From: an uncultured virus (IMG/VR IMGVR_UViG_2706795104_000001)
Taxonomy: Duplodnaviria; Heunggongvirae; Uroviricota; Caudoviricetes; Herelleviridae
Length of the DNA stretch: 64,000 nucleotides
Virus record (IMG/VR): IMGVR_UViG_2706795104_000001
Span: 32,001-96,000 of that record
Reading direction: 5' to 3' (one strand)
This document shows, piece by piece, positions 49,182 to 59,211 of this stretch. Under the pieces are notes generated by a model. The model saw only the letters and a program-made list of their open reading frames with translations. It was not told the origin of the DNA and ran no database searches. The translations under genes were made by a program, and so were the position numbers. The stretch's first letter is position 1. Every line of letters starts with the position of its first letter.

Positions 49182-50268
49182 TTGGCTAAGAAATTTGTTG
49201 TTTTCGGAGATTACCATTTACATAACTTCGCAGATTATGCGAAACCAGTGACTGCCACATTGTACGGACAGGAATTAGAAGTTACGAGATCGTCTAGTAG
49301 CGCATGTTAAAACAATAGACAAGCTATTTGAAATTGCTCACGAGAATGACGCAGACGTAATATTCGTAGGAGACTTCTTCCACTCCCGTTATAGTATCCC
49401 AACCTTAGTATTTAATCTAGGGTTCGATGCTATTTACGAGAACATGCAGAAGTATCCGAATACTAATATGTACATGATTGTAGGAAACCATGACCAAAAG
49501 GATAACTCACGATTTCCTGTACATAGTTTACGATCCTTTAGAACGATTGACAGAGTACATGTGCTAGATGAGTTCCGACCAATGGACATTGGTTCTTGTG
49601 TACTGTATCCTGTTTCTTATTCGGACGATACAAGATTCTTAAAAGAACAAATCGTTCAATATGCTCAGGACGCAAAACTGCAAGACAAACCAACTCTACT
49701 ACTGGGACACATCGGTATAGATGGTAGTGAAACAGGACGATACAGTCACAGACTAGAAGGTGCATTCAAAGTAGGGGACTTATTCCCTCACATCTTTACA
49801 TATGGTTTATTTGGTCACTATCATAAATGGCAGTTTCTAGCAGGACTACTCCACTTCCTTTACACAGGTAACACAATCCAAACCAGTTTCTCAGATGAGG
49901 GACAAGACAAAGGTGTGTGGCTAGTAGACGTGGAGAACATCGGTAGACCACAGTTCATTCCGATACAAAATAAAAAGTTCATTACGTTAACGGAGGTTCC
50001 TGCTAACGCACAAGAAGTTATCGACAATAATTACGTACGTTTTGTCGTCCCTCAATCAGTAGCTACAGAGATAGAAGTGTTCAAGGAGAGTACCGATAAT
50101 ATCCGAGTAGAAGTGCAGAGAGAGTACAAATCAGATTTACGTATTGACATTGAAGTCGGGTCGGATGAGCATACAATCGTAGAAGCATATACGGAAAAGA
50201 TGTATCCACACGTAACGAGTATAGCACTAGATGTACTAAAAGAAGCCAAAATGAGACAGACGGGTTAG
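49182..50268 (+). CDS. SbcD/Mre11-like nuclease; extra base at ~49287
   Basis: GDYH, GDFFH, GNHD, GHYH metallophosphoesterase motifs; the N-terminal motif lies in another frame and joins as VTDRLVAH. Confidence 0.88.
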
Positions 50269-50288
50269 TCCTTAGGACTAGCCCTTTT
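50262..50288 (+). terminator. Intrinsic terminator
   Basis: GGGTTAGTCC...GGACTAGCCC plus TTTT. Confidence 0.75.
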
Positions 50289-50293
50289 CGTCA

Positions 50294-50322
50294 TTGACAT
50301 AACACACTCTAAATGATACAAT
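50294..50322 (+). promoter_or_regulatory. SigA-type promoter
   Basis: TTGACA-17bp-TACAAT with extended TG. Confidence 0.8.
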
Positions 50323-50362
50323 GAGGTTACAGAAATGTATACACGAAGAAGGGAGATATATC

Positions 50363-52255
50363 ATGCAGTGGGACAAGTTAATCGTGAAGAACTTCCTAGC
50401 CATTAATGAAGCTACGGTACCTCTACATAACCAAGGATTAGTCCTGATTGACGGGATTAACGAGAGCGATCCGAAGTTTAAAAGTAATGGCGCAGGAAAG
50501 AGTACACTAATCCCTGATGCTTTATCGTACGCCCTGTACGATATCACAACTAAAGGGGATAAAGCAGATGATGTTATAAACAATAAAGTGGGTAAGAATA
50601 CAGAAGTAATTCTTATCGGTCGTAAAGGTGAAGATACATACAGAATCGAACGTTACAGAAAACATACAAAACATAAGAACAAAGTGAAATTGTTCCGAAA
50701 CGATACAGAGATTACTGGTAAGACAGCACCAGTAACAAACAAGTTAATCGAAGACCTTATCGGAGTACCGTATAACACCTTCATTAACAGTATCTTGTTT
50801 GCACAAAAGTCGGACGGTTTAGGATCGTTCGCAGTACTTCCTGATTCACGTAAGAAAGAGATTCTTGATAGTCTACTAAACTTAGACATCTACTCGTTAG
50901 CACAAAAGGTCGCTAAGGAAAGAGTAGCATCTAAGGAACGTGAGATTGACGAGAAGAAGCGTGAAGGGGACAAGCTAGAATGGAACCTACAACAAGTCGA
51001 TGTACTAGAAGAACGGGAGAAACAACAATACGAAAATACTCGTGCTCTGATTAAACAGGAACAGAAGAATTTAGCAGACACAATTAAACAGCTAAATGAC
51101 TATCCTGCAAAGTTCTTCCCAGTTGTGGATAAGTGCCGAGAAGAAGTGGAAAGGCTTACGAAGGAACGAGACGAGATGGCTACAGTCGATATCTCAGCTT
51201 ATCAGAATGACGTAAACCAAAAGCAACAACTTGTAATGGCTACGAAAGCTGAGATTAATAGACTGACAAAAGAAAAGGCAAGCATTGTTACGAACTACAA
51301 AAAAGTAGAGATGAGTAAAACGTGTCCAGTGTGCGGTAGTGAGTTAGATAGTACACACCGTGAACAGGAATTAAACTCACTAAAGGATCAGCTACGACAA
51401 GTACTAATCTCCTTACAATCTTTAGAGCCACTACTACAACAACACGAAACAGAGTATCAAGCAGCTTACGAAGTCTTCTCACAGCACAAGGATGTACAGA
51501 ACCGAGCGATGGAAGAGTACCGTAACATCTCAGTTCGGATTCAAAAGAACGAGCAAGCGGTCCAACATTACGAAACGAATCTGAAAGCACTCAAGGATAA
51601 AGTAAAACATATCTCTAGCACATTAGAGAAGCTTATGAGCATCCCTAAGCCACAGAAAAAGGATTCGGATAGGGAAGGTATTAAAGAACAAATAACGGCT
51701 CACAAACACTCTCTCGTGGCTTTAGAGAAAGAGAAGTTAGAGTTAGAGGATGTAGTGAAGGTGTACTCGAACGAGGGAGTTAAATCTCACGTACTTGATT
51801 TAATCACACCAGTCCTTAACGAACAAGGAAATACATATCTTGCACAATTAGCAGGAAGTAACATGGAACTGAAGTTTAGCACACGTACACCGAAGAAGGA
51901 CGGAGGATTCTCTGAGAAGTTTGATGTACAGTTAATCAACCGAGCAGGTGGAGACAAGTACAAGTCTAACTCAGGTGGAGAACGTAAACGAGCAGACTTA
52001 GCTATCTCTCTAGCAATACAAGATTTAGTATTAGGTAGTACGAACTTAATAGTTTACGATGAGGTATTCGATGCACTAGACGAAGTAGGAGTAGAGAACG
52101 TAATCGAACTACTGAAAGAGCGTGCAAAAATTATCGGTACGGTATTCGTAATTACACACAACCAACACTTTAGTAATCTATTCGAAAAACGGATTACAGT
52201 GGTAAAAGATAAAAACGGTATTTCAACATTAAAAGAAGGGGAAGGAAAATCATGA
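50363..52255 (+). CDS. SbcC/Rad50-like ATPase
   Basis: NGAGKST, CPVCG zinc hook, SGGERKR, YDEVFD, ITH. Confidence 0.93.
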   Translation: MQWDKLIVKNFLAINEATVPLHNQGLVLIDGINESDPKFKSNGAGKSTLIPDALSYALYDITTKGDKADDVINNKVGKNTEVILIGRKGEDTYRIERYRKHTKHKNKVKLFRNDTEITGKTAPVTNKLIEDLIGVPYNTFINSILFAQKSDGLGSFAVLPDSRKKEILDSLLNLDIYSLAQKVAKERVASKEREIDEKKREGDKLEWNLQQVDVLEEREKQQYENTRALIKQEQKNLADTIKQLNDYPAKFFPVVDKCREEVERLTKERDEMATVDISAYQNDVNQKQQLVMATKAEINRLTKEKASIVTNYKKVEMSKTCPVCGSELDSTHREQELNSLKDQLRQVLISLQSLEPLLQQHETEYQAAYEVFSQHKDVQNRAMEEYRNISVRIQKNEQAVQHYETNLKALKDKVKHISSTLEKLMSIPKPQKKDSDREGIKEQITAHKHSLVALEKEKLELEDVVKVYSNEGVKSHVLDLITPVLNEQGNTYLAQLAGSNMELKFSTRTPKKDGGFSEKFDVQLINRAGGDKYKSNSGGERKRADLAISLAIQDLVLGSTNLIVYDEVFDALDEVGVENVIELLKERAKIIGTVFVITHNQHFSNLFEKRITVVKDKNGISTLKEGEGKS

Positions 52256-52824
52256 AGCTAATTAATATTTCGGAAAAGGAGATTCTGTTAGAACTGAAAA
52301 CAACAGATAAGAAGACAGAAGAAGTTTGTCTGCCCAAAGATAATATCCATTTTTGGTACCCGTTCAACATTAATTTCTACTACAAGTATTCAAGTGCAAA
52401 AGGGTATATGTACTTAGTTCAGGATAAGCATTACGAAGGAGCTAATATCTATCAGACTACGATCCTAAAACGCACAAAGAAATTAATGAAGCATGAAGGG
52501 GTTCCATTGAATCTACCAGTATACGAAAGAAACAGTTACATAATGGCTAAAGCATTTGAGTTAGGTATTCCGACTAGCGTACAGGATTACACGAGTGAGA
52601 GCGTACAGCATGGGTTCGATACACTAGCTGCTATTATGGGAGATTTAAGAAACGAGATTGAAGACCGATATGTGAAAGCAGTCGGTAAATCTAGTCCACC
52701 TGTTAACACAGAGAAGTGGGATAGAGAAATGTACAAACACGCTACAGAAGAAGAGTTAGCAGAACTACAAGAGTACGGTGAAATGTACACAATGCTTTCT
52801 GTAATGAGAAAGTTGGTGCAGTGA
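52252..52824 (+). CDS. Anti-sigma factor, similar to Staphylococcus phage G1 gp67
   Basis: MKL start, WYP, KA...G.P....Y....V..GF and G..Y.ML..M.K pattern; position between sbcC and primase. Confidence 0.7.
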   Translation: MKLINISEKEILLELKTTDKKTEEVCLPKDNIHFWYPFNINFYYKYSSAKGYMYLVQDKHYEGANIYQTTILKRTKKLMKHEGVPLNLPVYERNSYIMAKAFELGIPTSVQDYTSESVQHGFDTLAAIMGDLRNEIEDRYVKAVGKSSPPVNTEKWDREMYKHATEEELAELQEYGEMYTMLSVMRKLVQ

Positions 52825-53018
52825 TGGATAACAAAGACTATGAACGACATGCGAAACAAGAAGCAATTAAGTTTGAAGTTGGGAGCCTACTAGTACTAAG
52901 AAAAATGTACCAACAGTACCTAAATAACGAAATAGATAAGTACCAACTCACTAACTCGATTGTAGCGCATTGTAATGTGTACGGAGGAGACCCACGTTCA
53001 ATAGCACTTAATTTCTAA
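52821..53018 (+). CDS. Hypothetical protein
   Basis: Start overlaps upstream stop; 65 aa. Confidence 0.7.
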   Translation: MMDNKDYERHAKQEAIKFEVGSLLVLRKMYQQYLNNEIDKYQLTNSIVAHCNVYGGDPRSIALNF

Positions 53019-53033
53019 AAAGGAGAATGTACT

Positions 53034-54110
53034 ATGTTTATGGACTTACTAGAGGAGGAGCTAGGGGAGTCTAAACCAGCAGGTAATGAGACAAGGTTTA
53101 ACTGCCCATTCTGCCTAAATACAAAACATAAATTTTATGTAGAGAACGCAGACTTAGGACGATGGATATGCTTTAAGTGTTCCAAATCGGGGAACCCTGT
53201 ATCGTTCGTTATGCAATACTATCACGTTGACTTTGAAGAAGCTAAGGAAATTCTACTAACCTACGATTATGACGTAGAAGAGTACAAGAAGCAACGAACA
53301 TCATTCTCAAGTTACGGAGCAGGAGGACTCACAGAGGAAGAGAGACTGCTCCTATATATCACTCGGGGAGGAGAACCATTAGAAGATGAGGTAGAGAAGA
53401 TTAACTACACATGCCCGAGACCTCCTACGAACTGTAAATCATTAATGGAGAACTTCAATAACCCTGAAGCATTCATCTTCTTCCAGTACTTACAAGGTCG
53501 TGGTGTGACACTAGAAAATATCAGAGACCACAATATATCCTATGTTACATACGGGGAAGTAGAACTAGTGGATGGACGAAAGATGAACCTAATCAATCAT
53601 CTTGTATTCTTCACGTTCGATGTGAATGGTGTACCTGTTTATTGGAATACTCGTAGCATTGATCCAAACCCGTTCATTAAGTCATTCAATGCTCCTGCAA
53701 AACCGACAGAATATTCTAAAAATAATACGGTTTTCAATCTAAACAGAGCACGGTTTTATGATAAAATAGTAGTTACTGAGGGTGTATTTAACGCAATGAC
53801 AGTAGGTTATCATGGAGTTGCAACCTTCGGTAAAAAAGTTACAGAAGAACAGGTTAAGATGATGTTAGAAGCAACATCACATTTTAATACACCAATCTAC
53901 TTGTTCCTCGATAAAGATGCTTGGAAAGAGATGATACAAGCTGCTCATACGATCCATCGTATTGATCCTGCTAGACCAGTGTACTACGTAAACAGTCCAA
54001 CAGACGAAGATGCGAATGACATCGGTACAGAGAGATGTTACGAATGGATTTCAAATGCGTTTTTAGCAGATGCTCAAGGAGATTTACAGTTACAACTATT
54101 AAACATGTAG
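53034..54110 (+). CDS. DNA primase
   Basis: CPFC...CFKC zinc finger; TOPRIM TEGVFNA, LDKDA, DAND. Confidence 0.93.
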   Translation: MFMDLLEEELGESKPAGNETRFNCPFCLNTKHKFYVENADLGRWICFKCSKSGNPVSFVMQYYHVDFEEAKEILLTYDYDVEEYKKQRTSFSSYGAGGLTEEERLLLYITRGGEPLEDEVEKINYTCPRPPTNCKSLMENFNNPEAFIFFQYLQGRGVTLENIRDHNISYVTYGEVELVDGRKMNLINHLVFFTFDVNGVPVYWNTRSIDPNPFIKSFNAPAKPTEYSKNNTVFNLNRARFYDKIVVTEGVFNAMTVGYHGVATFGKKVTEEQVKMMLEATSHFNTPIYLFLDKDAWKEMIQAAHTIHRIDPARPVYYVNSPTDEDANDIGTERCYEWISNAFLADAQGDLQLQLLNM

Positions 54111-54121
54111 GAGGAAAACAA

Positions 54122-54394
54122 GTGGAGCACAAATTTAAAATGTACGATTGGGACGAAGGTTGTTTCTACATCATTCCGAAAAACAATATTGTAGACGCAA
54201 TACACTATGCTTGGAATTACGAGTTCGATGTCTACGACAGAGAAACAGGAGAGCTAATCTTCTCAGGACAAGAAGACGATGACTTCAACTCAGAGATGTT
54301 GGAACCTTACGGGATACGACTTATTGAAAATGGTACACATCGCTGCTTACAAACGATTGAGACAGGTGAAATTCATTTAGCGGAGTGGCAATAA
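54122..54394 (+). CDS. Hypothetical protein
   Basis: SD AGGAGG before GTG 54122. Confidence 0.75.
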   Translation: MEHKFKMYDWDEGCFYIIPKNNIVDAIHYAWNYEFDVYDRETGELIFSGQEDDDFNSEMLEPYGIRLIENGTHRCLQTIETGEIHLAEWQ

Positions 54395-54397
54395 TGA

Positions 54398-54426
54398 TTG
54401 ACAGTATCAAACCTGTATGCTAGAAT
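54398..54426 (+). promoter_or_regulatory. SigA-type promoter
   Basis: TTGACA-17bp-TAGAAT with extended TG. Confidence 0.8.
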
Positions 54427-54462
54427 ACTAGTTATAGTGAAGATATTAGGAGGAATAAATAA

Positions 54463-55260
54463 ATGGATACGTTGAAACCAGTAGAAGAATTGGAAGTATT
54501 ATACATAGCACCACCAGGATTCGAGCCAACGAATGCTCATGGCGATGATTTTTGCTATGACATCAAAGCGTTAGAGGGTCGCTTAATCCCACAAGGAACG
54601 TTTAAATCAGTACTAGTACCAACAGGGCTAAAGACTGCATTCGTTACTAAGTACGGTATGAAGCTAAACACTCGAAGTGGCTCAGGATACCATACACCAA
54701 TTATCCTTTCAAACTGCACAGGTATTATCGAAGGATCGTATCGTGGTTACATTGGTGTACTATTACGCAACACATACCAAGATAACTCAGTGGTAGACTT
54801 CGTATTTACAACGAAAGGTGAACGAGTTCCTTTGTCTGAAGTACCTGAATCGGTATTACAGAACGCTCGTGAGTTCTATGAAGAGGATTCAGTAAACTTA
54901 GGCTACCCTAAACCACTAACACTAGAAGATTACGAAAGAGAGTTTGAAGCGTGGGAGAGACGTTGGCATGGTGTCGATATCCACGGTGCAGTATCCGGTA
55001 TCCACGCTAAGTTACAACGTGGAGAAATGTTAACAAAAGAGGAAGCAGACCTTTGGACAGACCGTAACGCACCTCAACCTGAAATTCAACATCGCTTATT
55101 CGTAGACTTAGTACCACGAGGAACTGTGTTTGTTCAAGAGGGAGAACGTATCGCACAGATTCACTTCCAAAAAAGTGTGAAGATAAAGTTAACTGCAACA
55201 GACGAACTACCTGATAGTGTTCGTGGCGAAGGTAACTACGGTTCAACAGGTTCCAAATAA
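54463..55260 (+). CDS. dut: Trimeric dUTPase with large insertion
   Basis: Motifs YDIKA, RSG, GIIEGSYRG, GERIAQ, RGEGNYGSTG. Confidence 0.88.
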   Translation: MDTLKPVEELEVLYIAPPGFEPTNAHGDDFCYDIKALEGRLIPQGTFKSVLVPTGLKTAFVTKYGMKLNTRSGSGYHTPIILSNCTGIIEGSYRGYIGVLLRNTYQDNSVVDFVFTTKGERVPLSEVPESVLQNAREFYEEDSVNLGYPKPLTLEDYEREFEAWERRWHGVDIHGAVSGIHAKLQRGEMLTKEEADLWTDRNAPQPEIQHRLFVDLVPRGTVFVQEGERIAQIHFQKSVKIKLTATDELPDSVRGEGNYGSTGSK

Positions 55261-55275
55261 TAAGGAGTGAAGCTT

Positions 55276-55614
55276 ATGAGCCAAACACCTAACAGTAATA
55301 AGATTCTCGAATACATTGAGGATATCATCTATTTGAAGCGTAACCACGATGGACAAGGGCTATTAGCCCTCCAACGTGAAGGAAAGGACAAGCAGGTATC
55401 ACTTGAAGAAGTGGGTTTTGCATTCATGTCTATCATGGATGACTTTACCCACTATGTTGATGCTTCACAAGGATTAATGGAGATGCGCTTTAAAGCGCTC
55501 GTAGACTCTCTAGACGAGGAGACAAGGGCTAAGGTACTCCAACAGTTCGAAGAAGCAGGAGACGACCTATTACATACGATAAAGGAGACTGAAGATAATG
55601 GCAAAGGAAACTAA
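55276..55614 (+). CDS. Hypothetical protein
   Basis: SD AAGGAG. Confidence 0.8.
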   Translation: MSQTPNSNKILEYIEDIIYLKRNHDGQGLLALQREGKDKQVSLEEVGFAFMSIMDDFTHYVDASQGLMEMRFKALVDSLDEETRAKVLQQFEEAGDDLLHTIKETEDNGKGN

Positions 55615-55978
55615 AGTAGTAGCGTTAACAGATGAGGAATTAGAGTTATACGCTAATTACGTATTCTCAGGTAAGGTAGAAAAAGAAGAGGACGAGAAAG
55701 CAATTGAGGAATTGAAGCAACGTTCTGTTACATTAGAGGATGCGACTACAATCGCAAAAATGTTATCCACTCAAGTTGCACAACAAATCACTCACCAAAT
55801 GGTAAACATTATGGAACGAGTGCAGATTCAAGAAATTGTTCTTGAGAAACTAGGTGCAAACGGTAAAACAAAGAAAGACGCAAAAGTGAAATACAAGAAA
55901 CAGATTGAAGAACAGAAAGAGAAACTTATCAAGTTACAATCTGAAATGGCTGAGACGTTAGAGAAAGAGGAAGCCTAA
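55598..55978 (+). CDS. Hypothetical coiled-coil protein
   Basis: SD AAGGAG; overlaps neighbouring genes. Confidence 0.8.
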   Translation: MAKETKVVALTDEELELYANYVFSGKVEKEEDEKAIEELKQRSVTLEDATTIAKMLSTQVAQQITHQMVNIMERVQIQEIVLEKLGANGKTKKDAKVKYKKQIEEQKEKLIKLQSEMAETLEKEEA

Positions 55979-56184
55979 TGGCTCCTCTAAAGGCGATATG
56001 TCTAAAGACCTTTCGTTTAAGGGATGCAAGTGGTTCTGTAGGTGTATTCTGTGAAAAAGGTAAAACGTACAACATTGTAGAGTACAGTGAAGACCTAATG
56101 ACACTTGAACTGGAAAAGGAATCTTGTTACCAAACAACTATTAACGATCCTGACTTCCTAGTACATTATGAGGAGGACAAGTAA
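55978..56184 (+). CDS. Hypothetical protein
   Basis: TAATG stop-start coupling. Confidence 0.7.
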   Translation: MAPLKAICLKTFRLRDASGSVGVFCEKGKTYNIVEYSEDLMTLELEKESCYQTTINDPDFLVHYEEDK

Positions 56185-56185
56185 C

Positions 56186-56755
56186 ATGGCATCAACTGGT
56201 AGAGGTAGTAAGACAAAAGGGTCAGGCTATGAGTTAAAAACAGCCAAGACTCTAGCAGCTTGGAGTGGGGAACAGGTACATAGGGTTCCCCAATCGGGTG
56301 CAGGAGGACACACATGGGGTAGCGATAGTCGTATGAATGGTGACATTGTATTCCCTGTAGGAAGTAAAAATCCTTTTGTATACGAATGCAAGAAGCGTGA
56401 AGGGTGGGAGATGCATCACCTATTCCTAAATATCGGTGAAATTAAAACATGGTGGGAACAGGTTGTTACAGATGCTCGAAGAATGAAAGAGCACGGTATG
56501 GCTCCATGTCTCATCTTTTCTAAGAACCGTGATAAGGACTATGTGTTAATTCCGTACCTTCCTGAAGTATTTAATAATCTACTAATAAATAAGCACCCAG
56601 TATCATTACAACGGGTACGTTACAATAATATCCGTGGAGAAGAACAAAACTTTGATACGATTCTAACTACGTTAGACGGATTCACTTCTTTTGCTCCTCA
56701 GGAATTATTCGCACTGTATCAAGATATAAACTGGGATATGCATAATGCAAGTTAA
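56186..56755 (+). CDS. Holliday junction resolvase (PD-(D/E)xK)
   Basis: KGSGYE, RVPQSGA, GDI, YECKKRE. Confidence 0.85.
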   Translation: MASTGRGSKTKGSGYELKTAKTLAAWSGEQVHRVPQSGAGGHTWGSDSRMNGDIVFPVGSKNPFVYECKKREGWEMHHLFLNIGEIKTWWEQVVTDARRMKEHGMAPCLIFSKNRDKDYVLIPYLPEVFNNLLINKHPVSLQRVRYNNIRGEEQNFDTILTTLDGFTSFAPQELFALYQDINWDMHNAS

Positions 56756-56786
56756 TACATAAGTCTGAAAGGGGCATACACAGAAA

Positions 56787-59126
56787 ATGGCAGAGGTACA
56801 AATTATTAACCGAGGTAATTTTATTGAGTTTTACGATCCGAAAAAGGTAGAGAACTATCTTCGTAGGTACACTCCTGAGGGAGTAAACGTAAATAGTATC
56901 GTAGGAAGTGTAACAGAGTTCGTAGAGTTAGAGGAGAACGTTACAAGTCTTAAAATCCAACAAGAACTCTACTCTATTACAGAAGGTTTAATCTCCGTAC
57001 GTGAGTCGTATTGGCAAGACGTAGCAGGATGTATTAAAGCAGATATCCTACGTAAAGAGGTATACAACAACCGTGGCTTTGAAACTGGTTTAAAACGAGT
57101 TCTAGAGTTAGGTTACGAAGGAGAACAGTATGCAGACTTCTTCAAGAAATACTCTGACGAAGAGATTGCAGAGTTAGAAAAACATATTAACGAAGACAAT
57201 GATTACTTCGTAAACCATGTAGGTGTACATATTGCTTATGACCGTTACACAACTTCAGTTCCAGTTAAGAAAGAACAGAACGGTAAAGAAATCACTGTAG
57301 GCGTTAAGAAGATTGAAACACTTCAAGAACGTTACATGATTGTCTCAATGTTCCTACATCAAAACGAAACAAAGGATCGTATTGCAAAAGTTATCAGAGG
57401 TTATAATCGTACAGGTGCTACAGACTTCACTCCTGCAACTCCGACATTCATGAATAGCGGCCGACCGAACGGTAACTTATCATCTTGTTTCGTAGGTATG
57501 ACAGACGACTCATTAGACGATATCTACCGTGAAGCAGACCAATTTGCGAAGGTTTCTAAAAACGCAGGTGGTTACGGATTATACTTCGGTAAAGTTCGTT
57601 CATTAGGTTCTAGTATTCGTAAGAAGCCAGGTCTAAGTTCAGGTGCAGTACCATTCATGAAACTATTTGATGTAACGGCAGGTACAGTAGACCAGCAGTC
57701 AAAACGTCCAGGAGCAGTTACAATCACATTAGATGTGTGGCACCGTGACACTAGTTCATTCTTAAAAACACCTTTAGATAACACAGTACTAGAGAAGCAA
57801 ATGCATAAAATCTTCTTAGCAGTATCTCTCCCTGATTTATTCTTCCGTAAGTTACAGAAGAACGAACAGTGGTACCAATTCGATCCGAAAGAAGTACAAG
57901 ACATCATGGGATGGGGTTTAGAAGACTGCTATGATGAGAGAAAAGATGGTGGAACTTTCTCAGAACGTTATGAGCAATGTGTACAAGCATACAAAGCAGG
58001 TCACTTACAGTTAGTAACAATTACAAACCCACTTACGATCCTAGCGGAAATTAACAAAACACGTATTGAAAAAGGACATCCGTTCTTATTCTTCCGTGAT
58101 GCAGTTAACCGTGATAATGCGAATGGTGGTATGATTTACTGCTCTAACTTATGTACGGAAATTGCAATCCCAATGTCAACTCCTGCAATCGTTACAGAGA
58201 AGATTAAGAAAGACGGAGAAGACATCATGGTTCAATATACACGACCAGGTGACATCCCAACTTGTAACTTATCTTCTACCAACCTTAGCAAAGTAGCGAA
58301 GGTGCGTATCGCAGGTGGAGATTGGAGAGCATACTTAGCAGAACTTATTCCAGTTCAGTACCGTATGTTAGCTAACGTAGTATTACTAAACGAGCAAGAC
58401 GAAATGCCACAAACGAAAATCAGTTCTCTTCGTAAGCGTGAAGTAGGATTAGGTACTATGGGTCTAGCTCATGCACTAGCAATCTCTCACATTGCTATCG
58501 ACAGTGAAAAAGCTCTTGAATGGCAAAATGAAGTATTCGAAGAAATTGCTTACCAAGTAATTAAAGCAAGTATGGAACTAGCGAAAGAAACTGGTGACAT
58601 CGCTCCTCACTTCCCTAAAACAAAGTGGGCAGATGGTAGCTATATCGAATACAAGTTTAAAGCACACAGTGAAGATAAAGAACGTTGGGAAGCTCTTAAA
58701 CAAGACATCATTAAATATGGGCTGTATTCTACAATCCATATGGCTACGGCACCAACTGAAACTATCTCTTACATTGCGAATACAACGGCAGGTAATGATC
58801 CTATCTACGGTAAAGAGTATACGTTAGAGAAAGCAGGAATCAAAACGAACATGGTAGCTCCTGGAATCGGTATGGACAACATCTTCTACTACAAAGATGC
58901 GTTCATCATCAAGAAGGACATGTTCCTAAAAGGCGTAGGTATTCGTCAACGTTGGATCGACCAATCTATCTCAACTAACTTATACTACATCAAGGACAAC
59001 CTACAAGCATTCGACATGATTCAAGATTATATCACTGCTTGGAAAGAGGGAGCTAAAACAATCTACTACCATCGTTCACAAACAACGAAAGCTTACGAGC
59101 TTGCTTGTGAGTCATGCGCTGGTTAA
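56787..59126 (+). CDS. nrdA: Class I ribonucleotide reductase alpha subunit
   Basis: PATPTFMN, LSSCF, SNLCTEI, TCNLSS, APTET, YY, C-terminal CESC. Confidence 0.93.
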   Translation: MAEVQIINRGNFIEFYDPKKVENYLRRYTPEGVNVNSIVGSVTEFVELEENVTSLKIQQELYSITEGLISVRESYWQDVAGCIKADILRKEVYNNRGFETGLKRVLELGYEGEQYADFFKKYSDEEIAELEKHINEDNDYFVNHVGVHIAYDRYTTSVPVKKEQNGKEITVGVKKIETLQERYMIVSMFLHQNETKDRIAKVIRGYNRTGATDFTPATPTFMNSGRPNGNLSSCFVGMTDDSLDDIYREADQFAKVSKNAGGYGLYFGKVRSLGSSIRKKPGLSSGAVPFMKLFDVTAGTVDQQSKRPGAVTITLDVWHRDTSSFLKTPLDNTVLEKQMHKIFLAVSLPDLFFRKLQKNEQWYQFDPKEVQDIMGWGLEDCYDERKDGGTFSERYEQCVQAYKAGHLQLVTITNPLTILAEINKTRIEKGHPFLFFRDAVNRDNANGGMIYCSNLCTEIAIPMSTPAIVTEKIKKDGEDIMVQYTRPGDIPTCNLSSTNLSKVAKVRIAGGDWRAYLAELIPVQYRMLANVVLLNEQDEMPQTKISSLRKREVGLGTMGLAHALAISHIAIDSEKALEWQNEVFEEIAYQVIKASMELAKETGDIAPHFPKTKWADGSYIEYKFKAHSEDKERWEALKQDIIKYGLYSTIHMATAPTETISYIANTTAGNDPIYGKEYTLEKAGIKTNMVAPGIGMDNIFYYKDAFIIKKDMFLKGVGIRQRWIDQSISTNLYYIKDNLQAFDMIQDYITAWKEGAKTIYYHRSQTTKAYELACESCAG

Positions 59127-59211
59127 TAAGAAATACACTGTACAGACTTGCTTCTATAGTAAGTCTGTATTATACTATAACTGTGACTATACATATAAAG
59201 GAGTTAGAACC

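Noticed and set aside
54769-55125. Intein in dUTPase
   Set aside because: No recognisable intein N-terminal block, no C-terminal His-Asn followed by Cys/Ser/Thr, and no homing endonuclease motifs.
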